From: an uncultured bacterium
Lineage (GTDB): Bacteria; Omnitrophota; Omnitrophia; Omnitrophales; Aquincolibacteriaceae
Direction of reading: 5' to 3'
DNA: 64,000 bases
Assembly (NCBI GenBank): GCA_964434115.1
Contig: CAYSSX010000001.1
Coordinates: 397,911 to 461,910, forward strand
Part shown: in pieces, positions 36,458-44,777 of the stretch
Numbering within the stretch: the first letter of the stretch is position 1
Layout of the letters: every line of letters starts with the position of its first letter
The notes under the pieces: generated by a model
What the model saw: the letters and a program-made list of their open reading frames with translations, nothing else
The model's database searches: none
What the model was told of the DNA's origin: nothing
Translations under genes and position numbers: made by a program

Positions 36458-37357
36458 TCAAATGATGGTTGCGTTTACTCTATCTATAAGCTGTTTCTTT
36501 AAATCATTCTCTTCTTCCCATAAAATGTGACTGAATTGCCGCGTATCAAAATGCAGGGTCTCGCCTTTTTTGCAAACCCAGATTACTTCTTTACCGATTC
36601 CTTTTGCATACCCCGCTTCGTAGTATGCACTCGGACGTTCACCGCTTAACTCAGCAACTACGAACTTGCTCTTTTTTATACCCGAAATTATCAGATTTGT
36701 TACATCATCGTTTGTTTGCTCACCTTTAACACGATATGCCTCATAGCCACAAGTGGCCAGCGCTTCAGCAATCTTTTCATAGGCAAAATCATAATTAGGT
36801 GAAAAATTCATAGCAACAAAACACAATCTCGCATTTACATTTATTTTTTCTAAATCATAAAAATGCCGCCATCCCGTCATTGTTAACCTGTATTCGAATA
36901 TAGAGCTTGCTGCACTTTTCGATCTACCCTCGAACAGTTTTTCAGACATAAGATATTTAAGAATATCTGACAATTCTTGTGCGCTGGGTGAAAAAGTCAG
37001 CGAATAATCATTATCGCGATCAATATCTATATATTGTCCAAACGCATTACTCTTTTTGCCAATATATGTAACTATTTTGTCAATTTTATCCGGAACTTTG
37101 CGGGGTATATCCGCACCATTTAGAATACCGCTGATACTTTCCGTAGTAATAAGAATAGTATTCGCGTTGCGCTCTGTTCGCCACCGCAGCACGCCAGAGA
37201 TTTCAGCTCTTCGCTCTGTTACTGAGCCTGCTAAGCAAGATCCCGTTATAGAGTACTTACCGCATCTTTTACATTCGATATGAAAGCAATCCCTTAGAGG
37301 CTCACGATCGAATTTCGAGTATTTCTTTCCGCAAAACGGACAGTTGTTCTCAGTCAT
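36458..37357 (-). CDS. zinc-ribbon protein with a C-terminal nucleoside 2-deoxyribosyltransferase/Rcl(DNPH1)-like domain
   Basis: The N-terminus has two Cys pairs (CPFCGKKY...CFHIECKRCGKY). The C-terminal domain aligns with the Rcl/NDT fold: LCFVAMNF...Y...I, then FVVAELSGERPSAYYEAGYAKGIGKEVIWV (compare VVAEVTQPSLGVGYELGRAVALGKPILCL), then WEEENDLKKQLIDR. Confidence 0.6.
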   Translation of the reverse strand: MTENNCPFCGKKYSKFDREPLRDCFHIECKRCGKYSITGSCLAGSVTERRAEISGVLRWRTERNANTILITTESISGILNGADIPRKVPDKIDKIVTYIGKKSNAFGQYIDIDRDNDYSLTFSPSAQELSDILKYLMSEKLFEGRSKSAASSIFEYRLTMTGWRHFYDLEKINVNARLCFVAMNFSPNYDFAYEKIAEALATCGYEAYRVKGEQTNDDVTNLIISGIKKSKFVVAELSGERPSAYYEAGYAKGIGKEVIWVCKKGETLHFDTRQFSHILWEEENDLKKQLIDRVNATII

Positions 37358-37408
37358 TATCAGCCTTCGTTTTGAACGTTATCACTTTCCAAAAGCACCG
37401 GGTTCAAC

Positions 37409-37984
37409 TTAAGCTTTTCTTGAAGGCACTTTTTTATACTTTGCCTTCATGAACTTATTAAAGTGAGTTGTGTACCTGTCATGAAAGCACACTTTGAAGA
37501 TTTGCTTGTATGAGATCGAATAATCCTTTTCCCATGTAGCATCCGCGTCGTAACAGAATATTTTAAAACTCTCATCATGCATTTCAACAACTGGGCCGAC
37601 ATAAAACGCAGAATCTTTTCCGTTAGCGGATAGGGCTTCTATCCCGGGCCAAACTTGCCGTTTTTGACATTCTTTAATTACTTCCTTCAAAGATTCGCAT
37701 CTATCGACCCATCCAGGAATTTTCAATTTGTTAATGGCACCGTTAAACCTGATAATTTTGTTGTAGCAACTCTCAAAACGATTATCCCTGAATCCTTTGA
37801 TAAATCGCTTGGCCAAGATTGTAACGCCATCAAACTCCAACTCATCCATCTGAGCTAAAACAACAAAGGTCTGAGTTTCCTTTAACACGACTCCATCGTA
37901 ATGATCTCCATCCGGATGCCTTGTTTTAAGGCGGATAACCCATTTCTTTTTTAGCGATTTGCAGTAAATGTCAGATAGTTTCAT
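37409..37984 (-). CDS. hypothetical protein, first gene of the low-GC island operon
   Basis: The ORF extends to 38137, but the first roughly 50 codons are GC-rich flank-like sequence. The start MKLSDIYCKSLKKKWVIRLK at 37984 matches the island composition. No recognisable motif. Confidence 0.4.
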   Translation of the reverse strand: MKLSDIYCKSLKKKWVIRLKTRHPDGDHYDGVVLKETQTFVVLAQMDELEFDGVTILAKRFIKGFRDNRFESCYNKIIRFNGAINKLKIPGWVDRCESLKEVIKECQKRQVWPGIEALSANGKDSAFYVGPVVEMHDESFKIFCYDADATWEKDYSISYKQIFKVCFHDRYTTHFNKFMKAKYKKVPSRKA

Positions 37985-38140
37985 TTTCTTACGTACACTT
38001 TCCAAAAGTTCCGGGTTCAGTCTGGGTCTTTGCACCTGAACAAAAAGTTTTCCGCCGCGAGTTCCGCAGGCGCGCAGCGACGAGGACTGTCTGAGCGCCG
38101 GAAAAGCTTTTTGAGAAGGTGCTGACGCCTCAGCCATCCA

Positions 38141-38198
38141 GCCGACAACCTTCTAGTTGTCGGCACCGCCGTTCCCGAAGCTTCAGTCGGGAATGGCG
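38141..38198. repeat. inverted partial copy of the 19386-19617 repeat family
   Basis: GCCGACAACCttctagtTGTCGGC at 38141-38164 is the same palindrome as 19386-19409. GTTCCCGAAGCTTCAGTCGGGAATGG at 38171-38196 is the reverse complement of CCATTCCCGACTGAAGCCTCGGGAAC from the 63-bp tandem unit. Confidence 0.65.
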
Positions 38199-38333
38199 TT
38201 GAGAAGAGAAGTTAAAAACTCTGACGCTGCGCTATTTCCTATACAGCGGTGCGCTGTTCCCAGCAGATGCATCTGGGAACAAGCTTTAAGGAAACAGCGT
38301 TGCCCACAGGGGGGAATAAAGCTAGAAGCTGCT

Positions 38334-39041
38334 TTATTCCCCTAGGTATGCCTGTTTAATCTGCGGGCTTTCCAGAAGCTCCTGCCCGCTGCCTTCCATC
38401 TGGATTTTGCCGCTCTCAATGACATAGCCGTAATCCGCGATTTCGAGGGCTTTGAAGGCGTTTTGTTCCACGAGGAGAACGGTCATGCCGCCCGCGTGGA
38501 TCTTTTGAATGAGGGAGAAAATCATTTCGACCATTTTGGGCGCGAGTCCCAAACTGGGTTCATCAAGAAGAAGAAGCTTGGGGCGGCTCATGAGCGCGCG
38601 GGCCATGGCCAGCATCTGCTGTTCGCCGCCGCTTAGATTTCCGGCCAAGCCTTTCAAACGTTTTTTCAATACCGGGAAAAGTTCCAGCATTTCTTCGCGG
38701 TCGCGCTGGACTTCTTTTCCATCTGTGCGGATATACGCGCCCAAATCAATATTCTCACTCACCGTGAGGTGCTGAAACACGCGGCGGCCTTCCGGCGAAT
38801 GCGTAATGCCCTGACGCACCACGCGGTCAGGCGTCATTTTTTCAATGGCCTTGCCTTCGAATTCAATACTGCCCTTGCGGGCTTGCACAATACCGGAAAG
38901 CGTCATGAGAAACGTGGTCTTGCCCGCGCCATTGGAACCGATCAAGGTGATGATCTTTCCCTCCGGCACCCGGAGGCTGATGCCTTTCAGGATCTCCACC
39001 TTACCGTAACCCGCATGAAGATTCGTGACTTCGAGAAGCAT
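38334..39041 (-). CDS. livF: branched-chain amino acid ABC transporter ATP-binding protein LivF
   Basis: Start MLLEVTNLHAGYG at 39041; GSNGAGKTT Walker A; LSGGEQQM signature; LLLDEPS Walker B. The listed ORF starts at 39086. Confidence 0.85.
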   Translation of the reverse strand: MLLEVTNLHAGYGKVEILKGISLRVPEGKIITLIGSNGAGKTTFLMTLSGIVQARKGSIEFEGKAIEKMTPDRVVRQGITHSPEGRRVFQHLTVSENIDLGAYIRTDGKEVQRDREEMLELFPVLKKRLKGLAGNLSGGEQQMLAMARALMSRPKLLLLDEPSLGLAPKMVEMIFSLIQKIHAGGMTVLLVEQNAFKALEIADYGYVIESGKIQMEGSGQELLESPQIKQAYLGE

Positions 39042-39051
39042 TTTTGTCCCG

Positions 39052-39864
39052 TTATTTTTTAGCGCATTTGCCAAGATAGGCCTCAATCACCCGCGGGTCG
39101 TTTTGAATGTCCCGGGGTTCGCCTTCCGCGATTTTTTTCCCATAATCCAGCACCACCACATGGTCCGAAACCGGCATCACGACTTTCATGTCATGCTCGA
39201 TCAAAAGCACCGTGACCCCGCGGTCGCGGATGGCGCGGATCGTGGCCAAAAGCTCTTCTTTTTCCTTGGGATTCATGCCGGCAGCAGGTTCATCGAGAAG
39301 CAGAAGATCGGGTTCCGAAGCCAAGGCGCGCGCAATCTCCAGCCTGCGCTGATGGCCGTAGGCAAGGTTTACGGCAAGTTCCTGCGACTTGGAAGCAAGA
39401 CCGAAAAAGCTGAGCAGGCGGTGCGCGTGATGAATCAGTTTCCGCTCTTCCGTGCGTGCCCATTTCGGCCTGACGATGCCGGCCCAGATGCCTGCGCGGG
39501 CGCGGCAATGAGCGCCGGCCATCACATTTTCAAGCGCGGTCATATGTTTGAACAAACGGACATTCTGAAAAGTGCGTGCAATCCCCCGGTCCGTAATTAA
39601 ATGCGGGTCCATGGCATTGAGCAGCGTCTGGGAAGCGCCAAAACAAATCGTGCCTTCATCCGGGCAGTAAAGGCCGGTAATACAGTTAAACAAGGAAGTT
39701 TTTCCCGCGCCGTTGGGGCCGATCAAACTGACCACCGTCCCTTTGTTGACGGTAAAGCTCACGTCATCAATGGCCGTCACGCCGCCAAAACGTTTGGTGA
39801 GGTTTTCCACCTTAAGCAGCACCGAATCAAGTTCGGCATGTTCGGTTTTTTTCCGGAGCCTCAT
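39052..39864 (-). CDS. livG: branched-chain amino acid ABC transporter ATP-binding protein LivG
   Basis: GPNGAGKTS; LAYGHQRRLEIARAL; LLLDEPAAGMNP; and the LivG-specific C-terminal extension. Confidence 0.85.
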   Translation of the reverse strand: MRLRKKTEHAELDSVLLKVENLTKRFGGVTAIDDVSFTVNKGTVVSLIGPNGAGKTSLFNCITGLYCPDEGTICFGASQTLLNAMDPHLITDRGIARTFQNVRLFKHMTALENVMAGAHCRARAGIWAGIVRPKWARTEERKLIHHAHRLLSFFGLASKSQELAVNLAYGHQRRLEIARALASEPDLLLLDEPAAGMNPKEKEELLATIRAIRDRGVTVLLIEHDMKVVMPVSDHVVVLDYGKKIAEGEPRDIQNDPRVIEAYLGKCAKK

Positions 39865-40832
39865 AGTTCAACCGGCTCCTTTTTTCTTTTGAATTCCTCG
39901 CGGTGGCGGCTTTCCCCCAAAATCCCCTGCGGACGGAACAGCATCATGAGGATCATGGCAATGCCGAAAAGCAGCATGCGGTAAATGGCAAACCCGCGAA
40001 GAAGTTCCGGCAGCACACTCAGGATAAAAGCTCCGAAGAGAACGCCCGTGATATTGCCGAGGCCGCCCAGCACCGCCATGGCCAGCACCATCACGGAAAG
40101 GATGAAGTCAAAACTGTCGGGCGAAACCGTACCCTGTTTGGCCGCGAAAATACAGCCCGCGACCCCGGCCACAAACCCGGAGATTCCAAAGGCCGAGAGC
40201 TTGGCCCACAGCGGGTTGATGCCCATGCAGGACGCCGCGAGTTCATCCTCGCGAAGCGCGACCCAGGCGCGGCCCAGACGGGAGGACTCAAGGCGCTTCA
40301 AGGCCCAGATGAGCAAAAGAACGCAAACCAGCACAAGATAATAATAAGGCTTGGGACGAACCCCGAAATTAAACCAAAGCTGCGGGTGCGCGATATTGAG
40401 AAGACCGTTAGGGCCGCCCGTGATTTCATCCAGGTTGTTCAGCACAATGCGCACAATCTCTCCCGCGCCAAGCGTCACAATGGCGAGGTAGTCCCCGCTC
40501 AAGCGGAGCGCGGGCCAGGCCAGCAGCATTCCGAAACCCGCGGCCACAGCAGCGGACACAAAAAGACCGGGCCAGAATGGCAGGCCAAAGTGAAGGTTCA
40601 TGAGCGCGTAGGTGTAGGCGCCCACGGCAAAAAAAGCCGCGTAGCCAAGATTCAAAATACCCGTGTACCCCACCACCACGTTGAGTCCCAAGGCCAGCAG
40701 CATAAAAATGCCCGTGGAAACCAGGACATCCAGGTGATAGGAATTCGAATCAATGAGGGGGTAAAGGAAGAAAAGGACGGGAACCAGGTAAGACAAAACT
40801 TGGGAGTGCTGGCGCGTGAGTTTAAACTTCAT
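39861..40832 (-). CDS. livM: branched-chain amino acid ABC transporter permease LivM
   Basis: 323-aa polytopic membrane protein of the LivM type, overlapping livG by 4 nt. Confidence 0.8.
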   Translation of the reverse strand: MKFKLTRQHSQVLSYLVPVLFFLYPLIDSNSYHLDVLVSTGIFMLLALGLNVVVGYTGILNLGYAAFFAVGAYTYALMNLHFGLPFWPGLFVSAAVAAGFGMLLAWPALRLSGDYLAIVTLGAGEIVRIVLNNLDEITGGPNGLLNIAHPQLWFNFGVRPKPYYYLVLVCVLLLIWALKRLESSRLGRAWVALREDELAASCMGINPLWAKLSAFGISGFVAGVAGCIFAAKQGTVSPDSFDFILSVMVLAMAVLGGLGNITGVLFGAFILSVLPELLRGFAIYRMLLFGIAMILMMLFRPQGILGESRHREEFKRKKEPVEL

Positions 40833-41746
40833 ACTTTTTTACACACCCTTGAACCCAGCAAGCCTGAGGGACGAAACAGCAAAATAAGAATCAGAATAAA
40901 AAACGCGAAAACGTTTTTCCATTCAGACGAGATATACCCCGCGCCCAAACCTTCAAAGACACCAATCAACACACCGCCCACCATGGCCCCGGGAATATTC
41001 CCGATACCGCCCAGCACCGCGGCCGTGAAGGCCTTAAGACCCGCGAGATAGCCGTCGTGGAAGTTGATGGTGTTGTAATACATGCCAAACATCACGCCGC
41101 CCGCGCCAGCCAAAGCCGCGCCGATCAGGAATGCGATCATAATCACCCGGTCCACATCAATGCCCATGAGGCTCGCGGCCTTCATGTCATCCGCGAGCGC
41201 GCGCATGGCCTTGCCGGTTTTGGTCTGGGTGATAAAAAGATGAAGAACGCCCATCAGCACCGTGGAAATCACGGCAATCAGAATCTGCAGATTGGTAAGC
41301 GTCACGGCCCCAAAAGAAAACTTATGGAGCTTGAAAACCATGGGGAAGCTTTTATCCGCGGGGCCGAACATCAGCATCACGGCATTCTGTAAAAGGAAGG
41401 AAACACCGATCGCGGTGATGAGCGGCGCAAGACGCGGCGCGGTCCGCAAGGGGCGGTAAGCAAAGCGCTCAATGGTCATTCCGAGAAACGCGGTTCCGGC
41501 CATGACCAGCATAAGCACAATCGGAAGCAGGTAAACCGTTCCCTGCAGCGCCGGAAAAACCTTTTGGAGAATCAGGAAGAAAAGAAGGCCGAGGTACGCG
41601 CCCACCATAAACACTTCGCCGTGCGCGAAATTGATGAGCTGGACAATGCCGTAAACAATGGTGTAGCCAAGCGCGATCAGGGCATAAATCATCCCGATCG
41701 TCACCCCGTTAATCACCTGCTGAAAAAAAACTTCCGTTGAACCCAT
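40829..41746 (-). CDS. livH: branched-chain amino acid ABC transporter permease LivH
   Basis: 305-aa LivH-type permease, overlapping livM by 4 nt. Confidence 0.8.
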   Translation of the reverse strand: MGSTEVFFQQVINGVTIGMIYALIALGYTIVYGIVQLINFAHGEVFMVGAYLGLLFFLILQKVFPALQGTVYLLPIVLMLVMAGTAFLGMTIERFAYRPLRTAPRLAPLITAIGVSFLLQNAVMLMFGPADKSFPMVFKLHKFSFGAVTLTNLQILIAVISTVLMGVLHLFITQTKTGKAMRALADDMKAASLMGIDVDRVIMIAFLIGAALAGAGGVMFGMYYNTINFHDGYLAGLKAFTAAVLGGIGNIPGAMVGGVLIGVFEGLGAGYISSEWKNVFAFFILILILLFRPSGLLGSRVCKKV

Positions 41747-41807
41747 TCCTGGATCAGAAACTCCGCTGATGGTTCAGATGAGGAAAACCGGGACAGTCAT
41801 CCAGGCG

Positions 41808-42986
41808 CTATTCCGCCGGACCGATGTAGACAAGCTTGCCGCCCGTGAATTTAAAAATGCCGATACTCTGGTTCTTGTTGTCGCCGCGTTCATCAAAAAT
41901 AATTTTTCCCGTGACGCCTTTGAACTCCGGAATTTCACGCATGGCCTTGAGGACCGCCAAACGGTCTTTCTTTCCGGCCTTGATCACGGCATCGATCAGG
42001 ACATTGACCGAGTCGTAAGCGTACGCGGACCATTGCCCCACCGGCCCATACTTCCCTTCATAAACCCGCACAAAATCCGCGGCTTCGGGAATGGCCTTAA
42101 TATCGCCCCCGACCATGGTGGCATAAGTGCCTTCCACAATGTCCGCGGAAGCCAGCTCAATCAAGGTCGGCGCCGCAAGGCCGTCACCGCCCATAAACAC
42201 AGACTTTATATCCAGCCCGCGCGCCTGGCGGATCAGAAGCGCGCCTTCGGGGTAGATGCCTCCGAAATAAATGATTTCCGGCTGAAGCGGTTTGATCTTG
42301 GTGAGAAGCGGTGTGAAGTCCTTGTCGCCCTGCGTAATGCCTTCATGCCCGAGGACCTCAAAGCCCAGCTCGCGCGCCTTTTTGTCAAACTCATCGGCCA
42401 GGCCTTTTCCGTAGGTGGTCTTGTCATCAATAATAAAAATTTTCCGGAACCCCAGCTTGTGGTACGCATAGTCCGCGCCGCGCGGGCCTTGAACATCGTC
42501 TGTGGCGCAGGTGCGGAAGAAAGTTTTAAAACCCTGGCGGGAAAGTTCGGGATTGGTGGAAACAGCGGTCACGGAAGTGAGTTCAGCAGAGGCATAAATC
42601 GCGGAGGCCGGCTTGGTGCAGCTCGAATTGAAATGGCCGACCACGCCGACTACATCCGGGTCTGAGGCTAAGCGGTTCGCCATATTCACGGCCTGCGACG
42701 GGTTATGCTGGTCATCCAGAATCACAAGTTCAAACTTGAACCCGGTCAGCCCCTTGCCCTCGGCATTGGCCTGGTCAATGGCCACCTGCGCTCCGTTGCA
42801 GGTATCAATCCCCAATTTGGCCTGATCGCCGGTCAACGGGGCCACACAGCCAATTTTAATGGTTGAAGAGGAGGAGCTTTGTCCGCATCCAGCAGCGAAC
42901 ATCAGGGATAACATCAAAGCAGACGCGAGATAGGCTTTCTTCAAAAGACCCTCGGGGGTGTTTTTAAACGGAAATTCCAGGTTCAC
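41808..42986 (-). CDS. livK: branched-chain amino acid ABC transporter substrate-binding lipoprotein (LivK/LivJ family)
   Basis: Periplasmic-binding-protein type I fold sequence with the lipobox LMFAAGC. The listed start at 42986 is a GTG; the true start may lie slightly downstream. Confidence 0.75.
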   Translation of the reverse strand: MNLEFPFKNTPEGLLKKAYLASALMLSLMFAAGCGQSSSSSTIKIGCVAPLTGDQAKLGIDTCNGAQVAIDQANAEGKGLTGFKFELVILDDQHNPSQAVNMANRLASDPDVVGVVGHFNSSCTKPASAIYASAELTSVTAVSTNPELSRQGFKTFFRTCATDDVQGPRGADYAYHKLGFRKIFIIDDKTTYGKGLADEFDKKARELGFEVLGHEGITQGDKDFTPLLTKIKPLQPEIIYFGGIYPEGALLIRQARGLDIKSVFMGGDGLAAPTLIELASADIVEGTYATMVGGDIKAIPEAADFVRVYEGKYGPVGQWSAYAYDSVNVLIDAVIKAGKKDRLAVLKAMREIPEFKGVTGKIIFDERGDNKNQSIGIFKFTGGKLVYIGPAE

Positions 42987-43073
42987 TTTTGTTCGGGCGG
43001 ATTATACGTTCAAAAAGCCTTTGGATGCAAGCAGATGCATCACTTTTAGGAAAATTTTTTTACAGGTTAGGCT

Positions 43074-43117
43074 GGGGTAAAAAAGAGGGCGCTGAAACCG
43101 GTTAGTTCTTTTTCAGC
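43074..43117 (-). terminator. possible rho-independent terminator after pntB
   Basis: On the minus strand: GCTGAAA aagaactaaccgg TTTCAGC followed by GCCCTCTTTTTTACC. The hairpin overlaps the pntB stop codon. Confidence 0.3.
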
Positions 43118-44469
43118 TCAGCGGCAAGATGCCCGACGGTTTCCTTGGCGGAACCAAAAAGCATCAGGGTCTTGGAATTGTAGAAAAGCTCGTTTTCAAC
43201 ACCGGCGAAACCGGTTGAGAGACCGCGCTTGAGGAAAATGATCTGACGGGCCTTATCCACTTCAATGACCGGCATTCCGTAGATCGGGCTTCCGGGATTG
43301 GTCTTGGCCGCGGGATTCACCACGTCATTGGCGCCGATCACGATCGCGATATCAACCTGAGGCATTTCCGGGTTGATCTCGTCCATCTCAATCAAATTGT
43401 CATAAGGAATATCCGCTTCAGCCAAAAGCACGTTCATGTGGCCCGGCATGCGTCCGGCCACGGGGTGAATCGCGAACTTCACTTCAATCCCCCGCTTGGT
43501 GAGGTTATCAAAAAGTTCGCGCACCTTGTGCTGGGCCTGCGCCACGGCCATCCCATACCCAGGGACGATCACGACTTTCTGCGCTTCTTTCAGGTATTCC
43601 GCGGCTTCTTCAGCCGTGACGGAACGGTGGATCTTTTCCCCTTCCGGACCCGCCGCGCTCTTCTGGACTTTTCCAAACGCGCCAAACAGCACATTCGTGA
43701 AAGAGCGGTTCATGGCTTTGCACATAATAATGGAAAGAATCAAACCGCTGGCGCCGTCAAGCGCGCCCGCAATAATCAAAAGGTGGTTGTTCAGCACAAA
43801 GCCCATGGCCACGGCCGAAAGACCGGCATACGAGTTCAAAAGAGAAATTACGGTCGGCATGTCCGCGCCGCCGATCGGCATCACCAGAAGCACGCCGAAC
43901 AGAAGAGATAAGAGAACAATCGTCACAAACATCCAGCTCTGCGCCGGATTAAGGACCAGAAGAACGCCGAGAATCACCGCGCCGCCCAGCACCGAGAGAT
44001 TGATAAAATTCTGGCCGGGGTAAGTGATGGGGCGCCCGGAAATCACTTCCTGCAGTTTTAAGGCCGCGATAATACTTCCGGTAAAGGTCACGGAACCCAG
44101 AAGCACTTCAAACACAATGGCGCCGGTCACAAAGGGCGTCATTTCCGAGTGACTGAAAACAAAATATTTCCCAACACCCACAAGCGTGGCGGCCAAAGCG
44201 CCAAACGCGTGAGAAAGCGCGGTTCTCTGAGGCACCGCGGTAATGGGCACCGCGGCAAGAGGCACACCGGCGATTGTTCCAAGCACCATGGCAATGGCAA
44301 TAGCCACGAAATGGTCCACGCTGGGGCTGAGAAGCGTACCGCCCACAGCCAGCACCATGGCCGCAACGCCTGAAAAAATACCGCGCCGCGCGGTCACCGG
44401 CGAGTTCATCCAGCGAAGGGAAAGAATAAAAAGCGCGCCCGCTACGATATAGGTCAACTGGGTAATCAT
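43102..44469 (-). CDS. pntB: NAD(P) transhydrogenase subunit beta
   Basis: Start MITQLTYIVAGALF at 44469 forms an ATGA overlap with the pntAB stop. It has transmembrane helices and the C-terminal NADP(H)-binding domain (GYGMAVAQAQ, VIGANDVVNPAA). The listed ORF extends to 44646 in the same frame. Confidence 0.9.
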   Translation of the reverse strand: MITQLTYIVAGALFILSLRWMNSPVTARRGIFSGVAAMVLAVGGTLLSPSVDHFVAIAIAMVLGTIAGVPLAAVPITAVPQRTALSHAFGALAATLVGVGKYFVFSHSEMTPFVTGAIVFEVLLGSVTFTGSIIAALKLQEVISGRPITYPGQNFINLSVLGGAVILGVLLVLNPAQSWMFVTIVLLSLLFGVLLVMPIGGADMPTVISLLNSYAGLSAVAMGFVLNNHLLIIAGALDGASGLILSIIMCKAMNRSFTNVLFGAFGKVQKSAAGPEGEKIHRSVTAEEAAEYLKEAQKVVIVPGYGMAVAQAQHKVRELFDNLTKRGIEVKFAIHPVAGRMPGHMNVLLAEADIPYDNLIEMDEINPEMPQVDIAIVIGANDVVNPAAKTNPGSPIYGMPVIEVDKARQIIFLKRGLSTGFAGVENELFYNSKTLMLFGSAKETVGHLAAELKKN

Positions 44470-44777
44470 GACTTCTTGACCTCTTCGGTTTTGCGCTTCT
44501 TGAACATCTTGAGCATGCGGTCCGTGATCAGGAAACCGGAAACAATGTTGGTCATGGAACAGAACACCGCGATGGAACCCAGAATCGTGCCGAGCGTGCT
44601 GTGGTGTTCCGCGGAACCCGCGACAAGAATGGCGCCCACAATGCAAATGGCGCTGATCGCGTTGGTGAGCGACATCAAAGGCGTGTGAAGGAGCGGAGAA
44701 ACCTTTTTAATAACATCCAGGCCGACAAACGTGGCCAGCATGAAGACCATCAAACCGCTGACAAAGAATTCATTCAT
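44466..44777 (-). CDS. pntAB: NAD(P) transhydrogenase subunit alpha part 2 (membrane domain)
   Basis: 103-aa protein with three transmembrane helices typical of PntA-II. It lies 4 nt from pntAA. Confidence 0.8.
   Translation of the reverse strand: MNEFFVSGLMVFMLATFVGLDVIKKVSPLLHTPLMSLTNAISAICIVGAILVAGSAEHHSTLGTILGSIAVFCSMTNIVSGFLITDRMLKMFKKRKTEEVKKS

Noticed and set aside
39903-41051. A 382-aa plus-strand ORF overlapping livM and livH.
   Set aside because: It is antisense to two well-conserved permease genes. Its product is a His/Arg/Gly-rich sequence without features.
38255-43045. A shared 13-mer AGCAGATGCATC near both ends of the liv operon (about 38268 and about 43028), considered as a possible operator or flanking repeat.
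   Set aside because: A single exact 12-13-mer match between two sites in a 64 kb window searched on both strands is expected by chance many times over, so there is no support beyond coincidence.
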